A DNA stretch of 63,227 nucleotides, counting the filler, from Raillietiella orientalis (taxonomy: Eukaryota), in assembly GCA_036172245.1 (NCBI GenBank). It is 8 parts of 8 records of this genome, joined end to end, with 100 filler letters (N's around TTAATTAATTAA, not from the genome) between each part and the next. Parts side by side here need not be neighbours in the genome. Positions count along the whole stretch, not along the records: positions 55,722 to 63,227 come from JAYWIR010000301.1; 7 more parts are not named here. One strand, 5' to 3'. Made by a program: the position numbers and the translations under genes. Below the pieces are notes generated by a model. The model saw nothing but the letters and a program-made list of their open reading frames with translations. It was not told the origin of the DNA and made no database searches. Positions 59,588-63,227 of this stretch are shown piece after piece (position 1 is the first letter of the stretch; each line of letters starts with the position of its first letter).

Positions 59588-61239
59588 CTTCATACTAAAG
59601 AGTTAAGATTGAAACGCTTTTTCAAAATGAAATTACTGTCACTCAACGAAAATCATGTTGATAATGGGATAAACATGGTGTCTCGGCGTCCCGAGCTCCC
59701 TTTTCGAAATGTATTTCAGCATGGCACTCAACCCGGGGCAGACTCTGTTACTTTACTCACAGTCGCTACAGAAGTTATGAACGTCCGAAGATCGTTCTCT
59801 GCACATACTGCGGTATTGTCACAGAAACTAAATTATTTGCATCAAAGAAGAAAAAGACAAGAAGCATTTTGAAGATTTGATATTGAGGGAATTGCAGAAC
59901 GCAGTTAAAGTGCTAATTTCAAAATTCGGTTTTCCGAAACCGACCACCACCGTTCTGTGGTAATAGAATTCATGGTGACAAAGTAAAAGAAGCTTTTAGA
60001 AGGAGGCAGATTCAGATAACAAGAAATTTGCATTCTAGAAGAGGTACTTTCCTGGAGTTACATGACTTCGCTTACCGTAGATAATATAAGTGAACTTTCT
60101 GTTTGAGAGCAACCATGTATTTCCTTCACGACCCCGCTGCTCTGCAAAGTAAGTGGTTAATAGGAATACCGAAATATCACGAAATCAGGGCAAAGACGTC
60201 GCTCGTTCAAACACCTTCGCTCACGGAAGTCTCGACAGCCTGCATGCAACCTTCATTCTCCAGTCTCGTTTCCATGGTTTCTGTTTGGAATGGAATCTTG
60301 CTTTCCAATTGCGAGGCAGCTAGCAGTTTCCTAGTCCACAAGTGAGAAGATCACTTCTAAGTACCGTGGCTGAGTTGCAACGGGAGGCGACTGTAAGATG
60401 GAAAGTCCATCGTCATCAGGTTCGTCAGTGTGGTCAGCATCTACTACTAAAGCTAACGTTCCAGGCGATGCATTCTCAGCAGGACGAGATATCCTTCTCG
60501 ATCCGGACCACACATGTCCTTCAAGGGGATCAGTCTTTGAAATGGATTCTCAGGCAGTCCTTCGCCCGCCTTTCTATTCCACTCTCTGGGGAGCAAGCAA
60601 CAAGCGGAAGGCGGATGAGGTGCTCACATATGTCATCCACACCGCGGCTTGTTAATGCAACAGAAACCTGCCTTGCTTTAATGCGCCGATATCCGACTCT
60701 GTATTCAAGACGCAGCTGGACTACGCCTGCTCCAGTGAATAGTATCTGTTCAGAGCACCGAGCTACTCAAAGTACTGAACCGCAAGGATTGAAAAGTGGA
60801 TCCAGTACAGATGTCCTGCGCACGTTGAACCGAATGCTACCAAAGACAGGGTCGCTTCGTTCGTTCTGTTCCCCTTCAGTCAAGTCTAGTGGCTTAATAG
60901 CTCGAAGAAATCTTCGAGCCCCGACTAAGGTGTTGACATGGAGAGAAAAGAAAAGTGTCGGCGGAAGCTGACACGGCCGGTGCGCTTGGACATAATATTC
61001 CAGGCGAGCCAGATTCCCCCCGTACGGAGACAGCAAAAAAATCGTGTAAAGTGCTGAAGAGCAAGCGAGAAAGGATGGCGGCCAGCCGTAGGCCGTCGCG
61101 CACCGCCACAGTGTACACCTTAGGTCCTCTGAAAGGAATGTTGGTTAGCGCGCTGCCCTATCAGGTGCATAGAAAGTAGTTCAAGAGTCAGGGAAACCCT
61201 CGCGTACCACAAGAAGCAGAAGAAACTGCTGGTCGATGC

Positions 61240-62382
61240 AGTCGAATAAATGCGGACGCCAAGTTGCTAGCAAAGGTCTAAGCAGAGTGCCTGAGACGGT
61301 TTGCAAACGCCTACATCAGAACGGAACAGACATATGCTGCGCCATTGAACGCGACTGACAGGAACGAGGTTTCCTGTTTGGGTGCTAAAGGAGTTGCACG
61401 CTCCGAGAGGTACTGGAGGATCCAAAGAAGCAAGCTTGGACAGGAGGAAGTCCACTCGCTGCTGCGCTGGCCTACATAGTGGAAGATAAACACAGCGATG
61501 TTGCGTGGAAGTGGGAGGATATGATTGAAAGCTCCGGGAGAAGAAAGAAGCAGGGAGAGTGGAAGAAGGGGCCAGTGGACAGACGCTGCTATTGTGGCTG
61601 CGCCTCCTAATAGAATTCTGCGCCGGAACGCGCTTCTCGATATTCCTTCTGGACATCTGATATGGCTTCCGGTGCTCATGGACACCTCCACCTCCTCTTT
61701 AAATGGCAGTAATCGTCTAAACAGTTCTAGCATAGGCGACTCCCCTGCAAAGCCCTCCGTCACCACTGGACATAGAGAGCGGTCGATCCCAATTGTGTTA
61801 AGTGTGGTGAACGTGAGTTCCTGCTCCACATCCTCGTGGATTGTGTAGCCCGTCAACCCCTTTCGTTCCGCTTTGCCGCGAACGTCGTTTTTCCCTGCGG
61901 CGACCCCATGGACGCTTTGAAAGCCTTCTTCGTTAACGAAGCCCTTCGGCCAGCGGCCTCGATAGCAGCCTAGGGTTGCCTTGGCTGCATCTTCGACGCA
62001 AGGAGCCCCGCTACAAGAGTACCACGCTTTAAGGATGTCATCCAGGGCGCCGCTTAATTGTTGAGTAGGGCGTCGCGATGGCCATACCTGGATCCCCGAG
62101 AACAAGAAATCCTTGCCGGCATAACAAGAAGGATGATACCGTCCCAGCAGCAACCGTGATCCCTTCCCGTTCCCTCCCACCCTTTTTTTCCTTTTTGTTT
62201 TGTTCTCTTTTTAACCCCCTTATTCCTGCCTTCTTCGTGGACCGAACCGGTCTGAGGATCGACAACCAACGACCCAGTAAGCTTTGTGTGTGTTAGTGCG
62301 ACGCTGGAGCATGGCTTCACCTACTGACTTCTTTCTGGATGTTTATTTTTAAATAAACGCACCGGCGGAATCTTGGTGAAAA
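61240..62382 (+). mobile_element. Family I element fragment, internally deleted (RT domain 1-2 remnant joined to ORF2 3' region and 3' UTR)
   Basis: INADAKLLAKV*AECLRRFANAYIRTEQTYAAP at 61245-61345, then a jump to the QERGFLFG region. It ends AATAAA, CACCGG..TTGGTG, AAAA. Confidence 0.8.
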
Positions 62383-63227
62383 TCCAATGATTGTTGCAAG
62401 TCGACTACGACCGCATCACCGTCGACCCAAATACCTCTTTCCACACTGCATCTTCTACCACTGGAAGGCGCTCCAGAATTCCTGTTGGCGACCGTGTTCC
62501 TTGTATTCATTATGTCTCTCTACAACCGAAACCAGGTTACTGCCGAGAAACTCGAGTCACTCCGACATGTCCATGTGCAAACAGGATGTATGCACGCTTT
62601 TGCTGCACGCATATTTCCAGTGCAATCAGTGCACACAGCTGGTTTGCATAGGTGGATGCATACCCAAGCTCATGTTGGTCTGCAGCGCTCACGCGGACAT
62701 TCGACGGGCATTCTGGTCCCCGTCACTTCACCTGAAAGACCTCCTTCCCTTCTTTTGCGTGGTGGATGCTGCAGAGGGTTTGCGTGCAAGGCGGGCCCAC
62801 AGCAAAAGTTGCGATCTTGACGGGGTGCTGCATCCGCGGCATCGTCGGCACAGCCCGCTCCGTGATGACGGGTCTCTCTCTCAACGAAGGACGGCCACTC
62901 TGACAGCAGCATCCTGGCGAGGACGGTTGCGGGGTAGCCTTACGCAGTTCAGAAAACAAATATCCGCTGCAATTATGTTTCCATTCACAACGATTAACTC
63001 AGAAGAAATGATTTCAATTTCCTCAAAAATCATAGGGATCCTCGAGACTCCAGTATCAATAACATTTCCATTCTATGCTTTTAACCAGTAGACAATAAAA
63101 AAAGAAAACGGAACAGATGTATGAGGCCCGCATTCTCAATTCGTTGCATCTGCTCCACGTGTTTTTTTCCTTTCCAGTCCCGGCAATCTTTATGAGATTT
63201 CACAATCGCGTGAGAACAACACTCAGT

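Noticed and set aside
60342..61179. 209-aa ORF and neighbours
   Set aside because: No recognisable motifs or homology to the elements in the window, so it is left unannotated.

Overview
This is eukaryotic (animal) repetitive DNA made of eight unrelated ~7.5-8 kb contigs joined by artificial N/TTAATTAATTAA/N linkers: 1-8055, 8156-16181, 16282-24210, 24311-32166, 32267-40119, 40220-47991, 48092-55621 and 55722-63227. Five contigs hold nested or tandem, mostly degenerate Tx1/L1-type non-LTR retrotransposons. These have a zinc-knuckle ORF1 and an ORF2 with APE endonuclease, RT and a C-terminal CCHC motif, and fall into at least four subfamilies, labelled I-IV here. Three contigs are satellite arrays with ~278, ~277 and 180 bp monomers; one array abuts a talin rod-domain fragment. 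Main discovery 1: family IV elements sit in a tandem array punctuated by U4 snRNA sequence. One element's 3' end is joined to U4 at about nt 20, and each element's 5' end directly follows a U4 3' end, an arrangement that would leave an intact U4 upstream. Main discovery 2: family I elements are repeatedly inserted, antisense and at the same nucleotide, into the DNA encoding the conserved RT motif D-x-x-K-A-F-D of their own and sister families. There are six junctions and one complete copy with a 14-bp target-site duplication. Main discovery 3: the two targets share a TCG(A/T)AGGC core, and family I/II 5' ends resemble the U4 terminal hairpin. This suggests a U4-targeting lineage that switched to parasitising other retrotransposons' RT genes. 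Family labels and alignments were made by eye; no database search was run.
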